Made by a program: the position numbers and the translations under genes. A DNA stretch of 63,906 nt, counting the filler, from Octopus bimaculoides (Eukaryota): assembly GCF_001194135.2 (NCBI RefSeq). It is 7 parts of 7 records of this genome, joined end to end, with 100 filler letters (N's around TTAATTAATTAA, not from the genome) between each part and the next. Parts side by side here need not be neighbours in the genome. Positions count along the whole stretch, not along the records: positions 62,817 to 63,906 come from NC_068983.1; 6 more parts are not named here. One strand, 5' to 3'. The notes under the pieces are model-generated. The model was not told the DNA's origin and did not search any database. It saw only the letters and a program-made list of their open reading frames with translations. Of the stretch, positions 63,771 to 63,906 are shown piece by piece; the first letter of the stretch is position 1, and the number at the start of each line of letters is the position of its first letter.

Positions 63771-63906
63771 TCAGGTGAATATGGTACTTAGGTTTAGGCA
63801 CCAGAATAAAGTCTGGTATTATCCATACAGTTCACATTGCTTAATTAAATGGATTTGCATGAAACGATCGTACTGCATTAACTTTGGATATCCGTGTTGC
63901 TTACAT

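Overview
AT-rich, gap-rich animal genomic DNA made almost entirely of microsatellites, tRNA-derived SINEs and decayed transposons. The repeat style is Octopus-like (inference from the repeat families, not a database match). No intact host gene is recognisable, and most ORF-track entries are microsatellite or N-gap artefacts. Recognisable element fragments: RLE-type non-LTR retrotransposon 3' ends (R4/Dong-like and HERO-like), CR1/L2-like and L1/Tx1-like LINE pieces, Penelope-like element (PLE) RT and GIY-YIG pieces, Ty3/Gypsy integrase with a 3' LTR, mariner and hAT remnants, and a Helentron-type non-autonomous element carrying a Gypsy fragment. The main signal is a recurring architecture at four unrelated loci (about 8.2, 20.7, 38.2 and 62.2 kb): head-to-head inverted repeats whose arms carry type I hammerhead ribozyme (HHR) motifs with palindromic helix III. 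One of these has a tRNA/Pol III head and looks like a PLE-mobilised, ribozyme-bearing SINE. A few splice-site-bounded segments may be exons of an unidentified host gene (low confidence). All alignments and translations were done by eye.
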